The translations under genes and the position numbers were made by a program. Under the pieces are notes generated by a model that was not told the origin of the DNA, did not search any database, and was given only the letters and a program-made list of their open reading frames with translations. Source: Candidatus Micrarchaeota archaeon (GTDB lineage Archaea; Iainarchaeota; Iainarchaeia; Iainarchaeales; JAGVWC01). From it: DNA of 64,000 nt. Location: positions 1 to 64,000 of the forward strand of contig JAZDJR010000014.1 of assembly GCA_043803815.1 (NCBI GenBank), read 5' to 3'. Shown here in pieces: positions 40,995 through 49,127 of the stretch. How positions within the stretch are numbered: position 1 is the stretch's first letter; each line of letters opens with the position of its first letter.

Positions 40995-41600
40995 TTAACT
41001 AACTCCCAGTTTTTGCAGGTCATTAACCAATTGTTCGTTGTTCTTGAACAAAATCGTCTGGAACCCCATTTCTTTTGCGGGCTTCAGATGCCGTTCTCGG
41101 TCATCCACAAAAACGCATTCGTTGGCCAAAAGCTTCATTTTTTTCAAGACGAGTTCGAATATTTTCGGGTCGGGTTTGGCAAGCCCCACTTCGCAAGACA
41201 ACAAACATGGGTCAAACGGTTCGAACAGTCCCCTTTCTTTGGTAATCTCGGCATGAAAGTCGTTCAGGTTGCTTAACAACGCCACTTTGTATTTTTTCTT
41301 CAGTTTTTTGGCAATTTCCAATAGTCCCTCATTAACCGGCATTACTTCCAAATACGCGGCTTTCCAAATCGATTGCAATTGTTCAATGCTTTGATGCAAG
41401 CCGGCTTTTTTCTTTAACAGTTCTAAAAATTCCTTGTGCGACATTTTTCCGGTCAATGCCTTTTTTTCATACTCGTCCTGGCCCAAGCCCTCCAGTATGC
41501 TTTTGTCGATTCCGAGTTTTTCACTCACGCGCTGTATAATCAGTTCAAACTTTCCGACCAAGACAACGCCACCCATGTCAAAAACGACCGCCTTAATCAT
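40995..41600 (-). CDS. HAD-superfamily phosphatase
   Basis: FDMGGV, LSN, KPDPKIF, FVDD. Confidence 0.9.
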   Translation of the reverse strand: MIKAVVFDMGGVVLVGKFELIIQRVSEKLGIDKSILEGLGQDEYEKKALTGKMSHKEFLELLKKKAGLHQSIEQLQSIWKAAYLEVMPVNEGLLEIAKKLKKKYKVALLSNLNDFHAEITKERGLFEPFDPCLLSCEVGLAKPDPKIFELVLKKMKLLANECVFVDDRERHLKPAKEMGFQTILFKNNEQLVNDLQKLGVS

Positions 41601-41715
41601 AACCAACACTATCTGCAATCAGGGATTAAAACCATTCGCCAAAGCTGACCAATAAACCCAAATTCAGCGCCGCAGGCCGACGAGACGGACGGTTAAAAAT
41701 TTTAAAAATTAGTAT

Positions 41716-41956
41716 TCCCCTCTCCAGGATTTGCACCAGGGACCTTCCGGTCGCCGCACGTCCCAAAGGGACATTAGGCCATCCGCTTTTGGCGGATATT
41801 ATTCCTCGGGTTTCCCGTTTTTGGCTTTCGCCAAAAAGGGCCCTTTCAAGCTTTCGCTTGAAACGGGTTTCTTTGAACCCGAGGCGCGTTTCTTTTCTTT
41901 CGAAAAGAAAGCCGTTCTTCTACAGCCGGACGCTCTACTAGCTGAGCTAAGAGGGG
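41716..41956 (-). tRNA. tRNA-Tyr(GTA) with 168-nt intron (41752-41919)
   Basis: Exons 41920-41956 and 41716-41751 give a 73-nt cloverleaf with C1-G72 and TCCGG-CTGTAG|A-CCGGA; BHB-like junction. Confidence 0.88.
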
Positions 41957-41957
41957 T

Positions 41958-42890
41958 CTATGAATTATGCCTTGGGACGGTTTTTAAATGCTTTTTGGGG
42001 GTGAAAACGCGTTCAAAGAGCCAGGGCCAGGCCGCGGAAACCCAAAGGCCCGCACAGAAAAAAACGAGAAATTGTTCCATCGAAGAAGGAAGTTTTAAGG
42101 CGGCAAAAACCAGTATTGCGGTGATAATTAATCCCACAACGGTTTTTTTGGCTTGGTTTTTCCGGTTTTGGGCGGATTGCACAAACCCCGCTTTTTGAAC
42201 CCAAAAAAATCCCCCGTAAAATCCCAAGACAACGGCCGTGAGTAATGGCGGGTTAATCCAAACCAAAAGAACTATCGCCAAAACCAAGGTCAGCAAAAAC
42301 CCGAGCTCGTCGTCGAGTTTGGATAGCTTGATTCCTTTTTTTTCCAGGCGCAGGTGCGTTTGCCAAGCCGCCCAGCCCACCAATAATCCGACAACGGTTC
42401 CCGCAACTACGTCGGAAAAAAAATGCGCGCCCAAAACAAGGCGCGACAAATCAACCAGTATAATCAAAAGAATTCCCAAAACCAGCCAGTGATTTTTTTT
42501 CAGTTTTTTGATTTGCGAAACCGGCTTTAAAAAAAACAAGGTCATGGAACCGATGATTCCCGCGTGGCCGCTTGGAAAACTATACGGACTTTCCCCAAGC
42601 CCAGAAACCAGACTGTTTTCAGGGGCAACGAAAAACTGTAGGGCCGTCGGCCGCGGGCGCATGAAAGCGGCTTTGAGCGCACCGATGACAACCGAAGTGA
42701 ACACAATGAGGTTAACCATCCAAAACGATTCTTTTTCACGCGAGTTCCAGTACAAAATGCACGCGATGGCAAACCAGAAACCGGGGTGGCCAAGATACGT
42801 TATCCAGTGGAAAGCGGGTTCCAAAAAGCCGAGGCTGCCTTGGACCGAGGTTAAGACCGCGTTGTCAAAGGACTGAATTAGTTCGAACAT
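41958..42890 (-). CDS. PAP2 family membrane phosphatase
   Basis: KxxxxRPRP, SFPSGH and SRLVLGAHFFSDV motifs. Confidence 0.9.
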   Translation of the reverse strand: MFELIQSFDNAVLTSVQGSLGFLEPAFHWITYLGHPGFWFAIACILYWNSREKESFWMVNLIVFTSVVIGALKAAFMRPRPTALQFFVAPENSLVSGLGESPYSFPSGHAGIIGSMTLFFLKPVSQIKKLKKNHWLVLGILLIILVDLSRLVLGAHFFSDVVAGTVVGLLVGWAAWQTHLRLEKKGIKLSKLDDELGFLLTLVLAIVLLVWINPPLLTAVVLGFYGGFFWVQKAGFVQSAQNRKNQAKKTVVGLIITAILVFAALKLPSSMEQFLVFFCAGLWVSAAWPWLFERVFTPKKHLKTVPRHNS

Positions 42891-42939
42891 AACCTATACA
42901 AAGAGCGGTTATACCAATATAAATTATTCTCGAAAACGT

Positions 42940-43173
42940 TCAGATTTTTCTTCGCAGTTTTTCGTATTCTTCTCTCGTGATTTTGGTTTGTTTCAGTATT
43001 TCGTTCAAAAGCCAGATGTTCAGGTCTTCGTTTCCATGCACCGGAATAACGGTTTTTCTTCCGTCGGGATGGATATAACGGACGTGGCTTCCGACTTGGT
43101 GGATTCTTTGAAAACCCATTTTTTCCAGGAGTTTGCACAGTTCCTTGCCAGAAATCGGAATTAATTTTGGCCG
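42940..43173 (-). pseudogene. hicA: HicA toxin lacking a canonical start codon
   Basis: Own translation: RPKLIPISGKELCKLLEKMGFQRIHQVGSHVRYIHPDGRKTVIPVHGNEDL...; CGG where the Met is expected; in-frame TAA just upstream. Confidence 0.75.
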
Positions 43174-43218
43174 TTTACACCGTTATTTGAACTTTTTATT
43201 TGTTTCTTTCAAACGTTT

Positions 43219-43668
43219 TCACGCTTTTTTCGCGCTTTTCATGACGCGTTTCATGCCGGGAATCTTGATTTCCGAATAATCCACGACAACCCCGCAGGCT
43301 TTTAGGAGTTTTCTTGAGGCGTAGGCGCGCAAAAAATCCGCGACTTCTTTTTGCTCGCCTTTTTGCAAGGAGGGAATGGCGGAAATTTCGTTGATGACCT
43401 GGGAAACTTTTCGCGTATTAAGCTCTTTTAAAACGCCTGCGATTTCGTCTTCGGTTTTGCCGGCCTGAACTTGGTCCAAAACCGCGTCGAGTTTTTTGAT
43501 GTCCGTTATTTTGCCGAGGTTTTCCGCGATTTTTCGGTCCACGCTAAACGTCATGGAAGCCAAAAATTCGGCTATGGTGCGCGGGTCGGTTGCGGGTTCT
43601 ATTTTGAGTTTTTTAATCGCGGCCCAATCGTCATAATTGGCCACAAATTGGATGTATTGTTCGCTCAT
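43219..43668 (-). CDS. DUF2666-like archaeal protein
   Basis: IQFVANYDDWAAIKKLKI..IAEFLAS N-terminus; GGTGA RBS before ATG 43668. Confidence 0.65.
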   Translation of the reverse strand: MSEQYIQFVANYDDWAAIKKLKIEPATDPRTIAEFLASMTFSVDRKIAENLGKITDIKKLDAVLDQVQAGKTEDEIAGVLKELNTRKVSQVINEISAIPSLQKGEQKEVADFLRAYASRKLLKACGVVVDYSEIKIPGMKRVMKSAKKA

Positions 43669-43713
43669 GGTTTCACCCGCTCTAATGCCAAAACTTGAAT
43701 TATTTGAGTAATT

Positions 43714-43727
43714 GAAAGGTTTTAAAT
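43714..43727 (+). promoter_or_regulatory. Putative BRE/TATA promoter of tRNA-Thr(TGT)
   Basis: GAAAGG-TTTTAAAT about 27-40 nt upstream of the tRNA. Confidence 0.5.
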
Positions 43728-43753
43728 GAATCTGTGGGGAATTCTTTATCATT

Positions 43754-43827
43754 GCCGGTGAAGCATATCCTGGTTTTGCAGCGGTTTTGTAAACCGCAGG
43801 CTGAGGGTTCAAATCCCTCCACCGGCT
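43754..43827 (+). tRNA. tRNA-Thr(TGT)
   Basis: GCCGGTG/CACCGGC acceptor stem, GCGGT-TTTGTAA-ACCGC anticodon arm. Confidence 0.9.
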
Positions 43828-43997
43828 ATTTGTTCAATTTTATCCAAGTGCCCGAACCGGTTTCTTTTTTTGCCGTGTCAAAAAAAAGTTTCAGGGTATC
43901 CAAATTATAAAATCCGATTCGAGAATCATGCATGGGAAAAATAGCTCTTAAGCGAATAAGCCGTTTTGCCAGCCCGTCATTTCCGGTGAAACCGGAT

Positions 43998-44711
43998 TTA
44001 TTGGTCCGGCAGGCTTTCGAGGATATAACGCCAGGCCAGCAGTTTGTGGGCTTCAACAAGCTTAAAGTCCTCTAGGGTTTCGGTTTCAAACCGCGTTTTT
44101 TTGAAATCAATGTATTCCCTCAGCATTTGGGCGTCGCCGTCGCGGACCTGCTGTTCACTCAGGCCGGTTTCGTTTGCAATGACCGTGACGTTTTCAGGAG
44201 AAACAAAATTCTTGATTTGAATATTGGGAAGTTCCTGCTCCGCGAGCGCGATGGTTTCGTCAGGGGTCACGTTTTCGTCGGACAACAAGGAAACGAGTTC
44301 GTCCTGGATTATGCCAAGATGCGCGACGAGTGCGAATACCGCGGTTTCCTTTTGCAAAGCGTTCATTACGTCTATGTTGTTTTCGCTTTTTTGGAGCGTC
44401 TCATACAACGGCGTTTCTTTTTGCATTATCCAAAGCACTTCTTCCTCGTTGGAAACCGCAAGCGCGTATAATCTTGCGTATTCGGCCTCGTGGTCCAGCG
44501 GCGGCGCGGTTTGCTGCATGGTTGCCACCAAATCGGCGGTTTGTGCGTTCATGTCCGCCAGTCCTGCGTGAACATTGTCTGAAAAAGTTTTGGCCATTGT
44601 TGCTCCGATTCCGCTGTTTTTTTGTGTCGCTAAAAATAACGCGATTCCGGCCAATACGATAATTGCAACGGCAAGTCCAGCGATTATCCACTGGTCTTTG
44701 GAAAGTTTCAT
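43998..44711 (-). CDS. Hypothetical N-terminally anchored helical protein
   Basis: 237-aa ORF with one N-terminal TM. Confidence 0.7.
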   Translation of the reverse strand: MKLSKDQWIIAGLAVAIIVLAGIALFLATQKNSGIGATMAKTFSDNVHAGLADMNAQTADLVATMQQTAPPLDHEAEYARLYALAVSNEEEVLWIMQKETPLYETLQKSENNIDVMNALQKETAVFALVAHLGIIQDELVSLLSDENVTPDETIALAEQELPNIQIKNFVSPENVTVIANETGLSEQQVRDGDAQMLREYIDFKKTRFETETLEDFKLVEAHKLLAWRYILESLPDQ

Positions 44712-44761
44712 GGCAGAGTAAGGACGAAAAAGTATTTTAGGGAGTCGGTTGAAAGTTAATC

Positions 44762-45631
44762 ATGGCTTTTGAAATCGGGATACTCGCGGCGTTTGGCGCA
44801 ATGATTTGCTGGGGACTGGGGGATTTTTTCATCCAGCGTTCCACAAGAAAAATCGGTGACGTGCAGTCTTTAGCCTGGATTGGGTTAATCGGCGCGGTCC
44901 TCTTATTGCCGTTTGTAATCGGTGATTTGCAGTTATTGGTCGTTAAGCAAAACCTGTGGTTTTTGGCGGCTTTGGGTGCACTGGGTTTTGCAATTTCCTT
45001 GGTCACTTTTGAAGGATTCAAGCAGGGAAAACTTTCGGTAGTCGACGTCATTTTGGAAATCGAATTGCCGATTACGATTGCGTTTGGAATCGTTTTTCTG
45101 TCCGAAACCGTTTCGCTAATCCAACTGGCCATCATTTCCTTTGTTTTTGTTGGAATCGTATTGGTCGCCCTGCCGGTTTTTTCGCTTAAAGAATCGTTTC
45201 AAAAACTCGAAAAAGGCGCGCTGCTGGCCATTGTTGCTGCTTTGGGAATGGGTGCCATCAATTTTTTGACCGGGGTCGGCGCCAAAACCGTTTCGCCTTT
45301 TTTGGTGATTTGGGTTCCCTGGGTCATCATGGCGGTCATTTCGCTGTTCATTGTCTGGCGACGCGAAGGCTTCCAAAACTTTTTCAAAAACGCGGCCCAA
45401 AACAAAAAACTGATTGCCTGCGAAAGCGTTTTGGACACCGCCGCGTGGATGCTGTTTGCCATTGCGTTAGTCCGCCATCCGGTTTCGATTACAACCGCAA
45501 TCACCGAAAGCTATCCTGCATTGGCGGTGCTTTTAGGGGTTTGGTTTAACCGCGAAAAAGTGCAACGCCACCAATTGGCGGGAGCGGGAATGGCGATTGT
45601 TGCCAGCATCTGCCTTGGGTTTTTGGTTTAG
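44762..45631 (+). CDS. EamA/DMT family transporter
   Basis: About 10 TM in a two-repeat layout, CWGLGDFF, FLSETVS and FNREKV loops. Confidence 0.88.
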   Translation: MAFEIGILAAFGAMICWGLGDFFIQRSTRKIGDVQSLAWIGLIGAVLLLPFVIGDLQLLVVKQNLWFLAALGALGFAISLVTFEGFKQGKLSVVDVILEIELPITIAFGIVFLSETVSLIQLAIISFVFVGIVLVALPVFSLKESFQKLEKGALLAIVAALGMGAINFLTGVGAKTVSPFLVIWVPWVIMAVISLFIVWRREGFQNFFKNAAQNKKLIACESVLDTAAWMLFAIALVRHPVSITTAITESYPALAVLLGVWFNREKVQRHQLAGAGMAIVASICLGFLV

Positions 45632-45672
45632 CCCGATTGGTACACCCTTTCGGGTGCAGGCGTGCACTCCGC

Positions 45673-45705
45673 ATATGTGTCCCAGCTGCGCTGGGACGGT
45701 AATAT
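45673..45705. repeat. tRNA-associated hairpin element, copy 1
   Basis: ATAT-GT-GTCCCAGC-TGC-GCTGGGAC-GGTA-ATAT; 27/33 identical to 52391-52423. Confidence 0.8.
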
Positions 45706-45710
45706 TTTTT

Positions 45711-45890
45711 TGCCCTTGCCGGGAGTTGAACCCGGGTCTCAACCGCACTCCCTGTTGATAATTTTTTCCAAGGTTTTTTGCGATCCGATTTTGCCAAAAA
45801 GGCAAAATGAGCCCATTCGAGCTTGCTCGAATCGGGCAGCAAAAAAGTTGTTTGAGAGGGTTGTATCCTTGGCCGCTAGATGACAAGGGC
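45711..45890 (-). tRNA. tRNA-Glu(CTC) with 107-nt intron (45746-45852)
   Basis: GCCCTTG/CAAGGGC acceptor stem; CAACC-CTCTCA|C-GGTTG; CTCT/GGAG central BHB helix. Confidence 0.88.
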
Positions 45891-45928
45891 GATTACGAAT
45901 TAGGCCTCAAATGCTTTTTTATGGGTTT

Positions 45929-46450
45929 TCATTTGGCCAGTTTGAACTCGGCTACGGTTTTCCAAACCATGTGTTGAGGCGTGTTTTTAAGCAAGGCCAA
46001 TTTGTCAAAAACTCCCCCTTCCGGCATTTGGCTTTGGGCGGCTTGAATCATCGGCTGTTTGGACGCAAGGTCAAAGTCGCCGTAAATCATCGTAAAATGC
46101 GGCATGAATCCGCGCTTGTCCGACCGGCCAAAGACGGCTTCGCTTTTGGCTCTGCAATCAAACAGTTCTTTCGAATCTTTTACCCTGATAAAAACGCATC
46201 GCACAAAATCATCCATGTGCTCGACCTTGGAAAAAACAGCGGCAATTGGCTTGGTTTGATTGGCAAGCCGCTTTGTTTTTTCAACCAGTTCTTTTTCGCG
46301 GTTTTCATCCTGCGGAATCTGGACAAGAAGCGAAACATGCGGTTCGAAAAAAGGAGCGTTGTATTTTCGGCTTAATCTGTCGATAATTTTTTTGAGTGGT
46401 GCGCGCGTTTTTTTGTCCGGCAAAAGCCAAACGTGATATTCGTTTTGCAT
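45929..46450 (-). CDS. 2H phosphoesterase, cyclic phosphodiesterase (CPDase)-like
   Basis: Two HxS/T motifs (FEPHVSL, FMPHFTM) and a YHVWLLP N-terminus as in plant Appr>p CPDase. Confidence 0.8.
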   Translation of the reverse strand: MQNEYHVWLLPDKKTRAPLKKIIDRLSRKYNAPFFEPHVSLLVQIPQDENREKELVEKTKRLANQTKPIAAVFSKVEHMDDFVRCVFIRVKDSKELFDCRAKSEAVFGRSDKRGFMPHFTMIYGDFDLASKQPMIQAAQSQMPEGGVFDKLALLKNTPQHMVWKTVAEFKLAK

Positions 46451-46467
46451 AAGCCAAACCGGATTAG

Positions 46468-46881
46468 TTATTGGCCGGGAACTGCGCCGGCGGTTGCCGC
46501 GGGCGGCAGGCGAAACTCGATTGTGATGTCCTGGTTCAAGGTCAAGGAATCGATTCCTTGGGTGAATTCTTCGCCGTTTACAAACGTTCCCATCTGGCGG
46601 TCGGATGTGGAGTGCAATTCGTTGACGCCGGTGACTTTTTTTCCATTGGCTTGCAAACTGATTTGCAATTGGGCCATTTGGCTTAACGCCGAAAACGCAT
46701 TGGTTCCTTTCGGAAATTCCTGGAACTTGTCAACGACAATCAGGTTGCGGTCCAAAGCGCGCAGGTGAACCTCGGCCGTGGTTTTGGCTTCGGGAGTGGA
46801 AGAACCGTTATTGGAAGAAGTGCATCCGGCAAGGACAATCGAAACGGCAATCAAAAGCAAGGCCGCGCTTTTCCAGTTCAT
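46468..46881 (-). CDS. Lipoprotein with DUF4430-like domain
   Basis: LAGC lipobox; NAFSAL..KVTGVN..FVNGE..GIDS..ITIEF. Confidence 0.65.
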   Translation of the reverse strand: MNWKSAALLLIAVSIVLAGCTSSNNGSSTPEAKTTAEVHLRALDRNLIVVDKFQEFPKGTNAFSALSQMAQLQISLQANGKKVTGVNELHSTSDRQMGTFVNGEEFTQGIDSLTLNQDITIEFRLPPAATAGAVPGQ

Positions 46882-46922
46882 AGGCACTAATAGGAAAAAG
46901 CGGTATAAAAAACCCACCCAAG

Positions 46923-47303
46923 TTATGTAGCAAACTAACCAACGTTTTTGGGTTTTCGTATGGAAAAAAAACTGATAAACCGATTGACTTTGTCCAAAAA
47001 TTTTCGGATAATCTGCAACTGCAATTTATCGCTGGCTTATGGGATACCGACGGCGGAAAGTCGGGAAAAACATACGCTTTTTGCAATTCATCCAAAAAAA
47101 TGGTTTTATATGTAAAAGATTTTATGGAAAAAAACCAAATCAGCACCCGATTTTACGAACAGTATAAAGGGCCATTCACTTGGTATTTGCTCTTTGTTCA
47201 AATTCGGGACAAAGAAAAATTTCTTAATTTATTCCCGCTAAAAAACACGAGGAAGTATGGTGTGCCGGTGGGGAGATTTGAACTCCCGACCCCTACATTA
47301 TGA
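46923..47303 (+). pseudogene. 5'-truncated LAGLIDADG homing endonuclease fragment
   Basis: Own translation includes FGFSYGKK and FIAGLWDTDG; in-frame stop at 46881, no first motif; reads into tRNA-Met antisense. Confidence 0.75.
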
Positions 47304-47334
47304 GTGTAGTGCTCCACCGCTGAGCTACACCGGC
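47263..47334 (-). tRNA. tRNA-Met(CAT), probably elongator
   Basis: GCCGGTG/CACCGGC acceptor stem, CTACA-CTCATAA-TGTAG. Confidence 0.9.
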
Positions 47335-47383
47335 AAAAGAATCCGTTACTCAATTTTCGGCGAAAGCATTTTTAAGGGTTTAT

Positions 47384-48043
47384 TCAGCGCATCCGGCTTT
47401 TGACTTCGATTCCGGGGTTGTATAAAATCAGCCGGTCCGCGTATCCGATGAATAATCCGGTTTCGATGACTCCGGGAATTTCCTTGGCCGAAAAATTGAT
47501 GTCTTCGGGAGAATAAACCTCGTCGATTTTGATGACGGCAAGATAATTTCCGCTTTCGGTCAAAAACGGCCGCTGGCTGACGGTTTTTAGGCCGCAAGGT
47601 CCCAGCTTTTCAAGCGCAAGCAGGGTGCGTTTGTATCCGAACGGCGTGATTTCAACCGCCATGGAACCGTTCAGTTTTTTCACGAAATTTTTTTTCTCGC
47701 ACACCACCACCAGTTCGTCCGCGCTTTGGCAAATCATCTTGTCGCGCACCAAGGAATGCGAATCGGTTTTCAAAAAATTGTACTGCTCGTCTATCTGGTC
47801 GGCAAATTCGATGGCTAAATCGATTTCGCTTTCGTCAATCGACACAACCGGAAGATGCAGTTCGGTCGCGATTTCCGCCAGATGCATGGAAGTCGGAACA
47901 AAAAAAATCGACAAATCCTGCTGTTCCAGCCTCCAAACCAATTGGCGCAAAAACTGCTCTCCCAGGTGGCTGGTTCCGATGGAAACCACGGAACCGTTTT
48001 TGACATACTTGGCAATCAGGCCTTCAATCGTGGACTCGTCCAT
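47384..48043 (-). CDS. rpiA: Ribose-5-phosphate isomerase A-like protein (divergent)
   Basis: VEITPFG, TESGNY and IPGVIETGLF present; active-site motifs altered. Confidence 0.75.
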   Translation of the reverse strand: MDESTIEGLIAKYVKNGSVVSIGTSHLGEQFLRQLVWRLEQQDLSIFFVPTSMHLAEIATELHLPVVSIDESEIDLAIEFADQIDEQYNFLKTDSHSLVRDKMICQSADELVVVCEKKNFVKKLNGSMAVEITPFGYKRTLLALEKLGPCGLKTVSQRPFLTESGNYLAVIKIDEVYSPEDINFSAKEIPGVIETGLFIGYADRLILYNPGIEVKSRMR

Positions 48044-48115
48044 AGCCAAAATAAGGATTATTGGACTATAAAAGAAATTCGATTAAAAAATGGAAATTGG
48101 GCTGAAAACGGGAAA

Positions 48116-48952
48116 TTACTTTTTTTTGCCCGTTTTTCCCTGGTGGCGAATAAACGCGTTAACCGCATCCATGATTTCAATCGGAACCGCAATTACGACC
48201 GTATTGGAAGCTGTTGGCCCCAGGCCGTCGATGGTCTGCAGGGTTCGCAATTGCATGGCGCCGGGCATTTTGGCCATGATTTCGGCGGCCTTGGCCAGGT
48301 TGTCGGCTGCCATGCGGTCCCCTTCGGCCTTGATAATCGTCGCGCGTTTTTCGCGTTCGCTTGACGCTTGTCGGCTCATCAATCGCTTTAAGTCTTCGGG
48401 CATGTCGATGTCCTGCATTTTGATGCTTGTGACCTCGATTCCCCAGGCAATGCTTTCTTTTTCGACAATCGTTTCAATCTGCTTTCCGATTTGTTCGCGC
48501 TCCGCCAAGACTTCGTCCAGCATCTGTCCGCCGACGACATCGCGCAAAGCGGTTTGCGCGTACTGCGAAACCGCGTATTCGTAATCCTGCACGTTAATGA
48601 TTGCTTTGGAAGCATCCACTACCTTGAAATACAATACCCCGTTAATCGTAACCGGAACATTGTCTTTGGTAATCGCCTGCTGGCGCGGAATATCAATCGT
48701 GGTTATCCGCATGTCGATAATCCGAACGCGCTCGATAAACGGAAAAATAAAATTCAAGCCCGCCTGCAACGTGCGGTCCATTCGGCCCAAAGAAAATATT
48801 ACGCCGGTCTGGTATTGCTGGACAATGCGAATCGACAAAGCCAAAAGCAAAATAATATAAATCGGAAGAAAAATCCAAAGTCCCAAAGATAAAAGCGCAA
48901 CCGCAATCGCCGCCAAAATCAGGCCGATAACCAGTTTGGGGCCGTTGTTCAT
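48116..48952 (-). CDS. SPFH/stomatin (band 7) protein
   Basis: QQAITKDNVPV, AQTALRDVVG and AMQLRTLQT. Confidence 0.92.
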   Translation of the reverse strand: MNNGPKLVIGLILAAIAVALLSLGLWIFLPIYIILLLALSIRIVQQYQTGVIFSLGRMDRTLQAGLNFIFPFIERVRIIDMRITTIDIPRQQAITKDNVPVTINGVLYFKVVDASKAIINVQDYEYAVSQYAQTALRDVVGGQMLDEVLAEREQIGKQIETIVEKESIAWGIEVTSIKMQDIDMPEDLKRLMSRQASSEREKRATIIKAEGDRMAADNLAKAAEIMAKMPGAMQLRTLQTIDGLGPTASNTVVIAVPIEIMDAVNAFIRHQGKTGKKK

Positions 48953-49127
48953 ATGGTATTCTTCCAGCAGAGAATTTAAAAAACCAAATCCAAAAACGGG
49001 TCTAAGTATCCAAAAACGCAGGCCACGCGGCGGGGTGGGTGCGAACAGTTAAAACCGGTTTTCAGCGGAAACGAGGTGCGTGCAAAATGACTTATTCCAA
49101 AATACGGCTATTTTATTGCTGATTGAA

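Noticed and set aside
41752-41919. Intron as a C/D-box guide RNA or group I intron
   Set aside because: No RUGAUGA/CUGA boxes and no group I core; the junctions fit BHB splicing.
41731-42198. 155-aa plus-strand ORF across the tRNA-Tyr intron
   Set aside because: Antisense to the tRNA and the PAP2 gene; no family resemblance; not an intron-encoded endonuclease.
45631-45705. HDV-like (theta), hammerhead or twister ribozyme in the tRNA-Glu trailer
   Set aside because: Could not identify the nested pseudoknot or catalytic consensus by eye; reported as an unknown element instead.
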